Positions 36,093 to 46,253 of a stretch of DNA of 64,000 nt are shown here, in pieces; the first letter of the stretch is position 1, and every line of letters begins with the position of its first letter. Below the pieces are notes generated by a model that was not told the DNA's origin, searched no databases, and saw only the letters and a program-made list of their open reading frames with translations. Origin of the DNA: a virus; IMG/VR virus record IMGVR_UViG_3300005613_000053, positions 4,156 to 68,155 of that record. One strand, given 5' to 3'. A program made the position numbers and the translations under genes.

Positions 36093-37163
36093 TTATGCTA
36101 TATCCATCCACTTTCTCTTCAACCTCAAACCTTCCTTACTAGGCATCATCCACTCATAAATCTTCCGTGCCCTGTCGGCATAAAAAGCAAACGAGAAAAA
36201 AATCGTCTTGTTTTTCACTACACTAATTTCAGGCTCACGTCCTCCAACAACGCCCATTAGAACACCCCTTATCCAAAGAATGAAATTCACATCAGTACAT
36301 CCAAACTTGATTGAGTATCCATCTCCTGACCTCGAACCATCCCCGTCAAAAAAACCTCTTACAAAATGAGAGACAAGCCTACTTGGAATATTTGGGACTC
36401 CCATTCCTTCATAGCTCTTTCTAGGCCTAACACCTAATTCTCTCCATTGGTTATACACCCATCTACACGAAGTTGTAAGGTGGTGATAGTTTTCACCATT
36501 CTTCTTATAAGAACACACATCAGCTTTCAATCCCATCCTGTCTCTTATATCATCAAGTATTTGTCTATCCTTTGACGTTATACTTGAATTGGGCACTACC
36601 CTATCAGACCTGCCAAGCTCATGTCGCAGATACCTACCAACACTTCCATCCGCAAACATATACCCCAACACATAAGCCAAATCCTCACTCCACTCAAAGA
36701 ATGACTTATTAACAGCCAAGTCTGCATACCTATCCATTCCGATATACAGCCCCTCGTCCCTCAAGAACATCTCTACTACATCCCTACTCAGACCCACATC
36801 ACTCGCAACAGCCTGACAACTCTTAGCCGGATACTCACTTCGTATCATCTCCTGCTGTTCTTTTGTCAAAACCTTTGGCTTCGACCCCCTGCCATCAGGT
36901 AGTCCTTCGATACCTAGCTTCTTAGCCCACCTACGAACAGTACCCTCGGCAAGCCCAAGCTCTCTAGCTGACTCTGCCCATCCCTTATCCTTCAAGTTAT
37001 CCCTGAGAAAAGAGCCTATTCTGTAACGCTTTGCCTTGTCCCACCTCAAGCCCATCATGTGTGCGGATTGCTTGACAGATTCATAAGAAAGCCCCGTTAC
37101 CTCAGCACACCACTTCGGCCCCTTCTCTTCATACCACTTCGCCAAGAACTCTTTGTTTTTCAT
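36093..37163 (-). CDS. LAGLIDADG homing endonuclease with N-terminal HTH repeats
   Basis: AYVLGYMFADGS and HFVRGFFDGDGS motifs; likely start MKNKEFL. Confidence 0.88.
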   Translation of the reverse strand: MKNKEFLAKWYEEKGPKWCAEVTGLSYESVKQSAHMMGLRWDKAKRYRIGSFLRDNLKDKGWAESARELGLAEGTVRRWAKKLGIEGLPDGRGSKPKVLTKEQQEMIRSEYPAKSCQAVASDVGLSRDVVEMFLRDEGLYIGMDRYADLAVNKSFFEWSEDLAYVLGYMFADGSVGRYLRHELGRSDRVVPNSSITSKDRQILDDIRDRMGLKADVCSYKKNGENYHHLTTSCRWVYNQWRELGVRPRKSYEGMGVPNIPSRLVSHFVRGFFDGDGSRSGDGYSIKFGCTDVNFILWIRGVLMGVVGGREPEISVVKNKTIFFSFAFYADRARKIYEWMMPSKEGLRLKRKWMDIA

Positions 37164-37200
37164 TACACCCTCCACACGAGGACGCAATATAAAAGAATTG

Positions 37201-37650
37201 TTACAAAGTGAGAAATCCAAGAAAACCGATAATCCACATCGCTATTTCCACCGGCCACTTCGGTCTGAACTTCCTATCAGTAATGGCCACCTTCCTGATA
37301 TTCTTCAAAACAAAGCCCTTTATATGCCTAGACTCCATATCATAAGCAAAAAGCAGCTTTCTACGTCCTGCCTTCAATTTCCTGTATCTATACGAATAAG
37401 GCGCCACTATATACCTTTTTGACTCCCCAGTAGTCACCTTGACATACCTCAGTACTATCTGCACCTTCCTCAAAGCAGCCTCTCGTATTGCCACTCTCTT
37501 ATTCCTCAATGCATACAAAGTCCCGTACTTAGGCTTCATTCCAACCCTACGAGCACGCCTGCGCGGAGCCTTCTTCTCCTGCTGCTCTATAAAGCCCTCC
37601 CGCAGTCCTTTCAGGTCTTTTTTTAATGCTTCTTCAAATGACAATCCCAT
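37201..37650 (-). CDS. Stand-alone WYL-like domain protein
   Basis: LRY..R.IVAPY..LFAYD..IKGF.L.NI..V pattern. Confidence 0.6.
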   Translation of the reverse strand: MGLSFEEALKKDLKGLREGFIEQQEKKAPRRRARRVGMKPKYGTLYALRNKRVAIREAALRKVQIVLRYVKVTTGESKRYIVAPYSYRYRKLKAGRRKLLFAYDMESRHIKGFVLKNIRKVAITDRKFRPKWPVEIAMWIIGFLGFLTL

Positions 37651-37985
37651 TACGGTCTCCTATAAGTTCCAGTAACAGCACCAGTTATACCGTTCCTGTT
37701 GGCCTCAGAGCCTATACCCTGGATATAAATATACTCTTCCTCATCCAAATCCCTATCATTCACAGTCGTAACCTTCTCTGCCGGGTCATCAGACCATGAA
37801 TTACACTGTCTCCCCATACTCTCATCATTTACCGGCTGCTCTTCAAACCCTCTCGAGTCACCACCCCTCCTGAACCAATACAAAGCCATACAATATGTAG
37901 AATGGACACAAGAACTGCACCCCTGGCCCGGGTCTCTCTTTACAGACCCCATCTCAGGATACGGAAATGAGAAGTCTTCAGTCAT
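37650..37985 (-). CDS. Hypothetical Cys-containing protein
   Basis: CSSCVH..C; TAATG coupling. Confidence 0.65.
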   Translation of the reverse strand: MTEDFSFPYPEMGSVKRDPGQGCSSCVHSTYCMALYWFRRGGDSRGFEEQPVNDESMGRQCNSWSDDPAEKVTTVNDRDLDEEEYIYIQGIGSEANRNGITGAVTGTYRRP

Positions 37986-38737
37986 TACGCCTCCTCTTCC
38001 GAAAGCCCCGCATCTTCCTCCATCTTCGCCAAACGAGTATAATCACATATATTACGAATATGACTCATAAATTCATCCCTAGAATAATCCAACTTCATTC
38101 GATTACACGCCACACAACAAGGAACCACATTATCAAGAGTATATCCTAGAGAGCTATCGACTCTGTCTAATCCGTTATAAACATACTCAGAATGCTCAGA
38201 CTTTGACCTAATAACCGTAGAGGGCTCAACTCCACAATAGTGACACCTCATTTTTGTCATAACTTTAAAGTCATCCAATGAAATATTAAAATCCAGACCC
38301 TTTCTCTTTGCCCTCGCTTTATATCTAAATTTATAAAGAATCGACAACCCTGCCTCTCCTTTTTTTAACCTATATGTCCTTAAGCATCCACAACTTTTTG
38401 TATGCCCACTTAAAAGATAACTCCCAGCAACAACAATATATTTCCCACAATCACACAAACAATCGAACATTGATTTATTAGTAAACTTCGCCACTCCAGA
38501 AACAGTCAGTCTACCAAACTTCTGCCCTATAAGATTCAGCCTTACTTTCCTACCACGCTCCTTATTCAAACACCCACAACTCTTTACCTTGCCCTGAGTC
38601 ACATTTTGTTTTAGAATTTCTTTCTCCGTCCCACAATCACAGACGAACACCCACTTACCATTAGGACCATTCCCAATACCACGAATAGCCTTCAATTTAC
38701 CAAATCTTTGCCCTGTAATATCTATAACAACACCCAT
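37985..38737 (-). CDS. HNH homing endonuclease
   Basis: GQRFGKL..CDCG repeats; CHYCG..NGLDRVDSSLGYTLDNVVPCCVACN. Confidence 0.9.
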   Translation of the reverse strand: MGVVIDITGQRFGKLKAIRGIGNGPNGKWVFVCDCGTEKEILKQNVTQGKVKSCGCLNKERGRKVRLNLIGQKFGRLTVSGVAKFTNKSMFDCLCDCGKYIVVAGSYLLSGHTKSCGCLRTYRLKKGEAGLSILYKFRYKARAKRKGLDFNISLDDFKVMTKMRCHYCGVEPSTVIRSKSEHSEYVYNGLDRVDSSLGYTLDNVVPCCVACNRMKLDYSRDEFMSHIRNICDYTRLAKMEEDAGLSEEEA

Positions 38738-38739
38738 TT

Positions 38740-39231
38740 CTATTCCTCAACAATACTCATAAATTTACTAATTCTATCTTGAGCTTCAACCTCATCCATA
38801 TCTCTTAATAATTCAATAAACTTCTCCATTAACTTTAAAGCTGTATAATACTGAAGAGGAGCTCCTCTTGTCTCTGCCAGATGGTCCAGGGCAATCCTCT
38901 TCGACATCACAGGATTTGAAGTATGTTCCATCTCCACCTCAACACCCATAGCCAATTCAGTCTCGTCAACATCCTCATCAGAGATACCCTTATCATCAGC
39001 CCTGCCATGAAACAGAAAGTCACAAGCCAGCGCAGCCAGCCTGTAAGCAGCAGCCTCAGCAGCATGCTTATCTACACCCTCATCCTCGGCCCAGCCATGA
39101 AAGTCAGCATCACTCGGAGCATGATTATCCTTGAGATACTCAGCGACCCTCTTCATCATCGGGTCCATACCAAGGTCATTCTCAAGAGCAAACCTTGCTG
39201 TAAGCCTCGCAACTATACTTCTTTCATTCAT
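38740..39231 (-). CDS. DUF5661-like protein
   Basis: ELAMGVEVEMEHT..IALDHLAE..YY. Confidence 0.65.
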   Translation of the reverse strand: MNERSIVARLTARFALENDLGMDPMMKRVAEYLKDNHAPSDADFHGWAEDEGVDKHAAEAAAYRLAALACDFLFHGRADDKGISDEDVDETELAMGVEVEMEHTSNPVMSKRIALDHLAETRGAPLQYYTALKLMEKFIELLRDMDEVEAQDRISKFMSIVEE

Positions 39232-39238
39232 AACAACC

Positions 39239-39505
39239 TCAATGCTGTTCGATATAATATTCTACCGGCTTCCCATCAGGCGGAGCACCAATATTATTAA
39301 TCGTAATCGACGTAACCCATTTACCACACTCATCAAGAGCAATTCCTACCGACGAAGCAGCGTTCAACTCATTCAAGGTCGGAGACACAATGTTATTCGT
39401 ATCTACTGTCCCAACAGTCAACGAATCGAAGTCTACGGACACCTGAGCCATAACTGGCATAGCCTCCATCAGCATCATCGCTACTATGTAAATCAGTTTC
39501 TTCAT
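39239..39505 (-). CDS. Small signal-peptide protein
   Basis: MKKLIYIVAMML..VMA-Q. Confidence 0.55.
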   Translation of the reverse strand: MKKLIYIVAMMLMEAMPVMAQVSVDFDSLTVGTVDTNNIVSPTLNELNAASSVGIALDECGKWVTSITINNIGAPPDGKPVEYYIEQH

Positions 39506-39957
39506 TACTCCTCCTGATTAAACCAGTCATCCTGATACATCTCCACGCTCGGCCCGAACACTGTAAAGAACTGCACCCGGTTCGTAGCAGGGACTCCAGC
39601 ATAATCAAGCAAACTCTCATCCAATCTCATAAAACAGAACTTTCCATCATTCCTCTGTCTTACAGGGTAATTCCACTTGGATAACCCATGCTTGTCCGGC
39701 TCCTTTTCTCCTGTCTTTGCGTTCTCTCCAATTATCGGAAGGAAACCCGAAGTATTGATATAATTCAAAGCGTTAGTCGCTGTAGCTCCCTGATTCGCCT
39801 CCCAGACGTAATACTGGCCATTCGTATATGCCGGAGCACCTGACTCTAAAGCCACCACCTCAGCCGACGACGCTTCGGGCTTATCAACAACTTCATTCAC
39901 TACCACCGCACCCGTTATCAGACCGGCAGTCGCTATACCTGCTACTAATTTCTTCAT
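39505..39957 (-). CDS. Signal-peptide/membrane-anchored protein
   Basis: MKKLVAGIATAGLITGAVVV. Confidence 0.65.
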   Translation of the reverse strand: MKKLVAGIATAGLITGAVVVNEVVDKPEASSAEVVALESGAPAYTNGQYYVWEANQGATATNALNYINTSGFLPIIGENAKTGEKEPDKHGLSKWNYPVRQRNDGKFCFMRLDESLLDYAGVPATNRVQFFTVFGPSVEMYQDDWFNQEE

Positions 39958-41405
39958 TTCAACGGCCTTTCTGTTTTGTACGGATGACTAACCGGAAGGT
40001 TAGCTACCAAGTCATATTTCCATGCCAGATACCCCTCTATCTTCTGTCTCACTGCTTCCGTCACAATTCCAACGATAATAGTCTCACAGGTATTACCACC
40101 TATGGTAAGGAACTGCGACCTCGCACCCATGATACGGAAATCCTGCGTAAGCCCCATCTTCACCGTATAAGCATTATTCGTCTGGAATGTTCCATCAATA
40201 TAACCATTAGCCTCGCCAAGACCATTAAAGTCAAAGTTCAGATTGTAAATCGAAGGCCCATTCTTCGCAGTATCGGAGAAGTCAGTAGTTCCTGCCCCAC
40301 CAAGACCTGTCTTGACTATGCGACCCCGGAAATACGACAGGCTATTGGCTGCGAACTGCCAATCAAAGTTCGGGGTGGCATTCATAGAGAACGCACTGGA
40401 TGCTGTATTGTCTACGCCTGTCTCCCACTCCCATACCTGAAATACTGCTATATCCCCACTCGAAGGGACGGAGAACCCAGTCGCCACCATTGAGTCATCC
40501 TCTCCGAAAGCCTGCGTGTACTCTAAAGCGTTCAGGTCGTTTATAGAACGCTTCCACAAATCCGGTGTTCCAATTCCGCTTACAGCATCGTACCCGTTTC
40601 CGCTCTTGTCGTCCATCTGGATAACAGCATCGCCCGCTATTGTCAAAGTCGAGATGTCACTGGCATCCCACCATCCCAGTAGATTAGTTCCCAGCTCAGC
40701 GGGAGTCCACCAGTTGCTGTTGTCTATCAGATTATTCACCGGCCCAGTTACAGTTTTGACCAACTGCTTGCCTCCAACAATGACCCTCTTGCCTCCAACA
40801 CCAACCCTATACGTGATATCATCCGTCTGCGCCTCATTGCCGAATATCTGAATCTCGGTGAGGTGAGGCCCAGAGTTAGTAGTGTTGCTCAAAGGATTTG
40901 TCACCCGCATCCGGAAAGCGTTGTATGCGTTTGTGGCAAGAAAGTCGGAATTGTATGTATCAGAACGCCATTGATAAATTCTGAAATCCGCCCACACCAA
41001 AACAGGCGTACTAAAGGACTGGATTGCGTCCCATGTCCCGTTCGTCCCGTCGGTGGTGTCATTCGAGCCCTCGAACACGAAGTTCGTCCAGTTTCTATAG
41101 GTAGCATCTTGCGGCATTGTCAGAGTAAAGGCAGTAGGAACATAGCGCTTCGGCATGCTATAGAGACCGACCAGCGCCTCTATACCATTTGGGCTGCTAG
41201 ACCCCCATGTTGCCTTTGTACTGGTGTTGTTGTCCCACATGTTAGTGGTGACATGGAAAGGCCCTCCGATGTTGCCGAATGGGGTTCCACCACCCACATC
41301 GAACAGGTCATTGGTATTGTCCAAGGCAGAAGGCCAAACACGCCCCTGCCCGAAAGCACAGGTCGCCATAACCAATAGACATATTGTAAGTATCAGCTTT
41401 TTCAC
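39954..41405 (-). CDS. Signal-peptide protein with discoidin/lectin-like beta domains
   Basis: Sec signal; FEGSND..W..Y.AFRMRV..EIQIFG; GWWDASD..DKSGNG..IEGYLAWKY. Confidence 0.7.
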   Translation of the reverse strand: MKKLILTICLLVMATCAFGQGRVWPSALDNTNDLFDVGGGTPFGNIGGPFHVTTNMWDNNTSTKATWGSSSPNGIEALVGLYSMPKRYVPTAFTLTMPQDATYRNWTNFVFEGSNDTTDGTNGTWDAIQSFSTPVLVWADFRIYQWRSDTYNSDFLATNAYNAFRMRVTNPLSNTTNSGPHLTEIQIFGNEAQTDDITYRVGVGGKRVIVGGKQLVKTVTGPVNNLIDNSNWWTPAELGTNLLGWWDASDISTLTIAGDAVIQMDDKSGNGYDAVSGIGTPDLWKRSINDLNALEYTQAFGEDDSMVATGFSVPSSGDIAVFQVWEWETGVDNTASSAFSMNATPNFDWQFAANSLSYFRGRIVKTGLGGAGTTDFSDTAKNGPSIYNLNFDFNGLGEANGYIDGTFQTNNAYTVKMGLTQDFRIMGARSQFLTIGGNTCETIIVGIVTEAVRQKIEGYLAWKYDLVANLPVSHPYKTERPLK

Positions 41406-42895
41406 TTTTTGTACTCCAGCCAGTTAGACAAATCAACAGTCTGGCCAGAGCTAAATGTGGCACGACCCCACACGGTCTTATTCGTACCATGAAGTGAGAA
41501 TCCGCCATATTCCCCAACCCTACTTATACCAGCATCATCATCCACGTTGCTACTCAGGTCATCCTCGAATGTCAAATCATTAGAATTGATAGACTCTATT
41601 CGAGCATACTCAGTACTATCACCATCGTAAATAACAACCAAGTCATTCGCAGAGAAACTACTTGCATCATCCACAGTTATAGTATTTGTCGGAGCAGTCA
41701 CAGCACCATTGACAAGCACCTGTACCAAACTAACATCTGCTCTCCAAAGAGCATCCTCTCCATGCCTGTCAGACTCGACATACCATGTCACTGTAGCCGT
41801 AGCATCGAAAGGATTATTATTCGTATTAGAAACCCATATCCTTCCCCTTGTAAGAGCAAAGGCATCATGAGCCAGATTAGTATGTGCCCAGTCCTCTGAC
41901 GAACTTGCAGAAAATGCAATCGACTCCTGACTCGTATTAATCACATCTAAAGCAGACTCTGTAGCAATAGTCTCTCCGTCCCACAGAATATCTGAACCAT
42001 CACTGCTCAGCGCAACATCTCCTATAAACAGAGAATTAGTAGAAACCCTAACGGTATGGAAATACCCCGTCCTTACCGGATTAAGAGCACTACCAAAATC
42101 AAAAGCATTGCTTGACGTAGGAGCCCAGTTCCCATCATAAGCCACATTAGCCACACTGATGATATTAGTGCTCGGTAAGTTATCTATATAATTTACCATC
42201 GTCTGCCAGTTGACTATCTCGGTAGCATTAGTAGCATCATGAGAAGTAAATGCCCTAGCCAGAGACGTGTCACCTGTCACAACGTTGATGGCGTAATCTG
42301 CCGTACCGAGACGGACGTCTCTTTCCGTTCCGATACCGCCATAAAGGAATCGTCCTGCACCATATGTACTCTGTGCCAACCAAACTTCCTTTGAATTGTC
42401 TGATTCAGTCTCTTTTGAATAAAGCCCCGTTGCCCCGTTACCCTGTGCTAAATAAGTATTTACAAAAGGCCAGCCAACACCCGCTCGCCTCGCTATAAAC
42501 TCTCCGGCTGCGCCTGTGCCATTTGTCGTTGCAAGTTTGGACTCCCACCTATAATCGCCACTTCCTATCGCCTCAAACAGGACGCCGTCTTGTGTGAACT
42601 TAAGAGTGGTCGTGTTCGTTGCAGGCGGAGTCGTCGGTATTCCAGCCACATAATTCGTCATCGTATTCCAGTTCACTACCTCTGTGCCTGCCGTGGCATC
42701 CGTCACGACATACAAATTTGTAAACCATGCAACCGAATTAGTATTTGCCAATAACACATACCTCAAATCAGCATCTGCAATTTCTTCTCCGGTGCCAACA
42801 TCAACAAGGCCCTTAATCGGACCAGCGAATGTCACAACAGCCGTCACCAAAATCGTAAAAGCGACGACCCAAAATGTATTCTTATGCTTTTTCAC
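41402..42895 (-). CDS. Signal-peptide Thr-Asn-rich fibre-like protein
   Basis: Sec-like signal; duplicated DATxxTE[VI]VNWxTMxNY motif. Confidence 0.65.
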   Translation of the reverse strand: MKKHKNTFWVVAFTILVTAVVTFAGPIKGLVDVGTGEEIADADLRYVLLANTNSVAWFTNLYVVTDATAGTEVVNWNTMTNYVAGIPTTPPATNTTTLKFTQDGVLFEAIGSGDYRWESKLATTNGTGAAGEFIARRAGVGWPFVNTYLAQGNGATGLYSKETESDNSKEVWLAQSTYGAGRFLYGGIGTERDVRLGTADYAINVVTGDTSLARAFTSHDATNATEIVNWQTMVNYIDNLPSTNIISVANVAYDGNWAPTSSNAFDFGSALNPVRTGYFHTVRVSTNSLFIGDVALSSDGSDILWDGETIATESALDVINTSQESIAFSASSSEDWAHTNLAHDAFALTRGRIWVSNTNNNPFDATATVTWYVESDRHGEDALWRADVSLVQVLVNGAVTAPTNTITVDDASSFSANDLVVIYDGDSTEYARIESINSNDLTFEDDLSSNVDDDAGISRVGEYGGFSLHGTNKTVWGRATFSSGQTVDLSNWLEYKK

Positions 42896-42907
42896 GTCAT
42901 CCTCCTT

Positions 42908-43267
42908 TTACCAACTGGTAACAACCACCCATCTAACCCATGTGTCTGTTGCCACGCACCAGTACAAATATGTCCCATCCGTCGCCCAAGTTCCCTGCGT
43001 CCCAGTATCACTAGGACCACTTGGCACCGCAACCGGAGTTGCCGGCACACCACTACCCGTAGATGGGTCCGGCACCGTCCCTGTAAACGACATATAGTTC
43101 AGACTATCAGCCGAACCAAGCCAGTCGTAAAGTGCCTTATTATCATACTCACTACCATTGACAGTAGTAAGAATCTGTCCATCAAACTTGCCAAGAGTAT
43201 CACCAACCTGGAGCGTCTGATTGAGAGGCGTCAGGTCAAACTCACTTGTTACAGTATAAACCTGCAT
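42908..43267 (-). CDS. Small structural protein
   Basis: GTQGTWATDGTYLYWCVATDTWVR, a fibre-associated motif. Confidence 0.6.
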   Translation of the reverse strand: MQVYTVTSEFDLTPLNQTLQVGDTLGKFDGQILTTVNGSEYDNKALYDWLGSADSLNYMSFTGTVPDPSTGSGVPATPVAVPSGPSDTGTQGTWATDGTYLYWCVATDTWVRWVVVTSW

Positions 43268-43270
43268 GAT

Positions 43271-43669
43271 TTATGCCCCCTTGATATTATCGTTTCCAGC
43301 CAGTCTTTCCCTATCAGCCAAGTCATCAGGCTGCTCAGTCTCCTGGACAGTATGCGTACCAGATATATACTCATCTGTTACTGCTTCAACCCTGGTACTT
43401 TCTACAGTCGGAGCCAGGACAACCTGGTCTGAAACCGTATTTCTACCCAGTTTAACAACCCTAGTCCTATTCATCTCTACCGGACCAGCAGCTTCTCCAT
43501 CAAAAGCAGGTGTTCCCTGAGGAATACGACTATCACGCTCCCAGTTCATATCACCTTCCCTTGAAGAAGCCTTACCCGGGTACCACTCACTACGATTAGC
43601 TTGAGCCACAGACTGCTGCTGCGGGTCAAGGTCATTACTTATATATTCAACTCTCTCATTATCGGCCAT
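43271..43669 (-). CDS. Hypothetical protein
   Basis: GGAGG SD before MADNER. Confidence 0.65.
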   Translation of the reverse strand: MADNERVEYISNDLDPQQQSVAQANRSEWYPGKASSREGDMNWERDSRIPQGTPAFDGEAAGPVEMNRTRVVKLGRNTVSDQVVLAPTVESTRVEAVTDEYISGTHTVQETEQPDDLADRERLAGNDNIKGA

Positions 43670-43679
43670 CACACACCTC

Positions 43680-43934
43680 CTATTCAAAAACGTCCATAGC
43701 CTTAGCTATATCGGCCAAATACGGAGCAACAGCCTCATCCAAAAGCGACCTTACTTCGTCTTTTGCCGCTTTCTGCGGGACATTGTCCGTCTCAATCTTA
43801 TCCAGATTGTCATTTATAATCTTCACCGCCGCTATCATAGTATCAATGGCTTGGTCAACCATCTCTAAAGCGGTATCCTCAGTTTCCGTCTCCGCAACCC
43901 TACTAGCCATCGCTGCAATCCTCTCACTATTCAT
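43680..43934 (-). CDS. Hypothetical protein, tag variant (MNSERIAAMASRVA)
   Basis: GGAGG SD. Confidence 0.65.
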   Translation of the reverse strand: MNSERIAAMASRVAETETEDTALEMVDQAIDTMIAAVKIINDNLDKIETDNVPQKAAKDEVRSLLDEAVAPYLADIAKAMDVFE

Positions 43935-43970
43935 AACTTCCTCCATCTATAAAAAAATATTCAAAAATTC

Positions 43971-45446
43971 TCAAACACCCCCGAACTCATCCAATAACAA
44001 CTTTCTCGCCTCGTCCTTCGACATAACCTCTCCCCTGGCAGCATAATCATCCATCTTATCCATCAAAAACTGAACTGCCTCTCCCACCTCCGGCCCAGAC
44101 CCTATACCCAAAATATCCTTTATTTCATTACCATTCAGAGGTGCCTTAACCTCTATAGGTACCTTCCTGGCATCCTCAATCATCTCTCTTAACCTCGGAA
44201 TCTCATTTTCCGGAGGTAAATTCCCCAAAGCATCTGCCTCAGCCAGGTCCAAAACAGCATCGACTGTCTCTTCTCCAACATTTCTTACAAATTTCCTCAG
44301 AGCTTTTTTCCCAACTTCTCCCCTCGATAAGTCATGAGGCCTCATATGGTTTTCTACCATTCGGCGTACTTTTTTCACCGTCGAGCGGTCAAACTTCAAC
44401 CTTCTCATGATAGCCTCTGCTATCTCGCCTCCAACCTTCTCATGCCCTATAAACCTTATTAAATCACCCATAACATTCTGCGTTGCCGGCTTCCCAACAT
44501 CATGAAGAAGTGCAGCCATCTGACTCTCCACACCAGCCTTAGCATTCTTCAACACCAAAAGCGTATGCCTCAATACATCACCCTCCTGGTGAATACCTCT
44601 CGATTTATCCTGCTGTGTCCCAGATAAAGCCTGTATTTCAGGCATTACATACCTCAATAACCCCAAAGCCTTCATAAACCTGACAGCCTTACCCAACTTC
44701 CCCAGCTTCATAATCTTAATCAACTCATCCCTTACACGCTCGGCAGATACTATCTGAATCCTTTTGGAAGTCTTTCTGACATCCTTCATAACCGACATCG
44801 GTACATCCCAGCCATACTTTGCCTGAAACCTTACCAATCTCATCATTCTCAAAGGGTCATCATTCAATATCTTGACAAAATCAACTCCCGGGTGACCCCT
44901 CAAAACACCTTTCTTAATATCCTGAACACTCGTCCCTGTTAAATCCTTTACTTCTCCACTCGTCAGGTCCTTCATCAGCATATTAACAGTGAAGTCTCTT
45001 CTCTCCACATCTTGTCCCAAATCACCATACTCGGTTAGCCTCTGCCTACTCTCCTCATCAGGGAAAGATTCACTCTGAGTATCAGCTACCTCTATCTCTG
45101 CTCCTCTGGTCCCATAATCCTCACCCTCATATGTGATATCTTCCTTAAAAGACACTACCCATATCGGATAATTCCTCATCTGCCTGGGTCTACTCACCTG
45201 CCCCGGGAAAGCCCTATAAATAGCCTTCGTCAACTTCTGGGCCCCATCCCTCATCTCTACCACCATGTCAAGGTCCTTAGCCGGCAATCCCAACACCTCA
45301 TCCCTGACATAACCCCCAGCAGCAAAAACCTTATTAGCAAAAGGCGTCCCCTTCAGGAACGCCCTCATAAGCCTCTCAACTTCCTTCTCCTGCGGAGAAG
45401 AAATCAGCTCCTTCGCTACCCTGATAATCTCAACTGCCAAATCCAT
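43971..45446 (-). CDS. cca: CCA-adding-type tRNA nucleotidyltransferase with HD domain and N-terminal tag
   Basis: AGGYVRD..DLD, RRDFTVN, DDPLRMMRLVRF, SAERVRDE, LLHDVGKP, GHE. Confidence 0.92.
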   Translation of the reverse strand: MDLAVEIIRVAKELISSPQEKEVERLMRAFLKGTPFANKVFAAGGYVRDEVLGLPAKDLDMVVEMRDGAQKLTKAIYRAFPGQVSRPRQMRNYPIWVVSFKEDITYEGEDYGTRGAEIEVADTQSESFPDEESRQRLTEYGDLGQDVERRDFTVNMLMKDLTSGEVKDLTGTSVQDIKKGVLRGHPGVDFVKILNDDPLRMMRLVRFQAKYGWDVPMSVMKDVRKTSKRIQIVSAERVRDELIKIMKLGKLGKAVRFMKALGLLRYVMPEIQALSGTQQDKSRGIHQEGDVLRHTLLVLKNAKAGVESQMAALLHDVGKPATQNVMGDLIRFIGHEKVGGEIAEAIMRRLKFDRSTVKKVRRMVENHMRPHDLSRGEVGKKALRKFVRNVGEETVDAVLDLAEADALGNLPPENEIPRLREMIEDARKVPIEVKAPLNGNEIKDILGIGSGPEVGEAVQFLMDKMDDYAARGEVMSKDEARKLLLDEFGGV

Positions 45447-45447
45447 C

Positions 45448-45666
45448 TCACTCTGAATCCTTCTTTTGGTCCTTAGTGAGCCTTTTATCGCGATAACGCT
45501 CTTTTACGTCATCCCTTGGAGGCTTCTTATGAGGCTCACGGTCACGACCCTTCGATGTTCCACCAGTATCCTGCATAAGGTCCTTATCTTTTCTCTGGAC
45601 CTGTAAACCCCTCTTGGCGACTATCTCAGTCATCGCAACCCTCGAAACTATACCTTCATAATCCAT
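45448..45666 (-). CDS. Small charged protein, tag variant
   Basis: MDYEGIVSRVA. Confidence 0.6.
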   Translation of the reverse strand: MDYEGIVSRVAMTEIVAKRGLQVQRKDKDLMQDTGGTSKGRDREPHKKPPRDDVKERYRDKRLTKDQKKDSE

Positions 45667-46250
45667 TACGCCTCCAATATATCAAGCGCCACCCTGTCAG
45701 CAATCTCCTCTTCAGAAGCCTTCTTCTGTCTGGCCGGCTTAGCATTCACCAGGGTATCAACCATTCCCATCATCTTATCAATCAATCCCATTACCTCAGA
45801 GACCTCAACCTTTCCATCACCCTTGATAACCTCTACCTCTTTAACCAGGCCATCAACAATTCCCTCAAGGCCTTTGCTTTCCTCATCATCAGACATTCCA
45901 TCCTCTACAGCCTCTTCCTTTTCCTCATCCTTCTTCTCAAACTGCGGAGGTATCTTACCCTTCTCAGGCTTTTTAGATTTCTTGTCATCCTTTTCTACAG
46001 CCTCGTCCTTCTCCTCGTCCTTCTTTTCAAACTGAGGAGGAACCTTACCCTTAGCAGGTTTCTTGGACTTCTTATCATCCTTTGTACCCTTGGACTTCTT
46101 GTCGTCTTTCTTATCATCATTTTTCTTGGACTTAACCTTATCCTTCACCTTCTCGACGACTTTCTTCTTATCCTGAGCCGACAACTTTGCAAACCTCTCA
46201 AAGACTCCGTGTGTAACCACAGACGCCACAATCATTCTATTCAAACTCAT
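45666..46250 (-). CDS. Lys/Asp-rich protein with duplicated KGK[VI]PPQFEKK
   Basis: Internal duplication; C-terminal KKASEEEIADRVA. Confidence 0.7.
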   Translation of the reverse strand: MSLNRMIVASVVTHGVFERFAKLSAQDKKKVVEKVKDKVKSKKNDDKKDDKKSKGTKDDKKSKKPAKGKVPPQFEKKDEEKDEAVEKDDKKSKKPEKGKIPPQFEKKDEEKEEAVEDGMSDDEESKGLEGIVDGLVKEVEVIKGDGKVEVSEVMGLIDKMMGMVDTLVNAKPARQKKASEEEIADRVALDILEA

Positions 46251-46253
46251 TTT

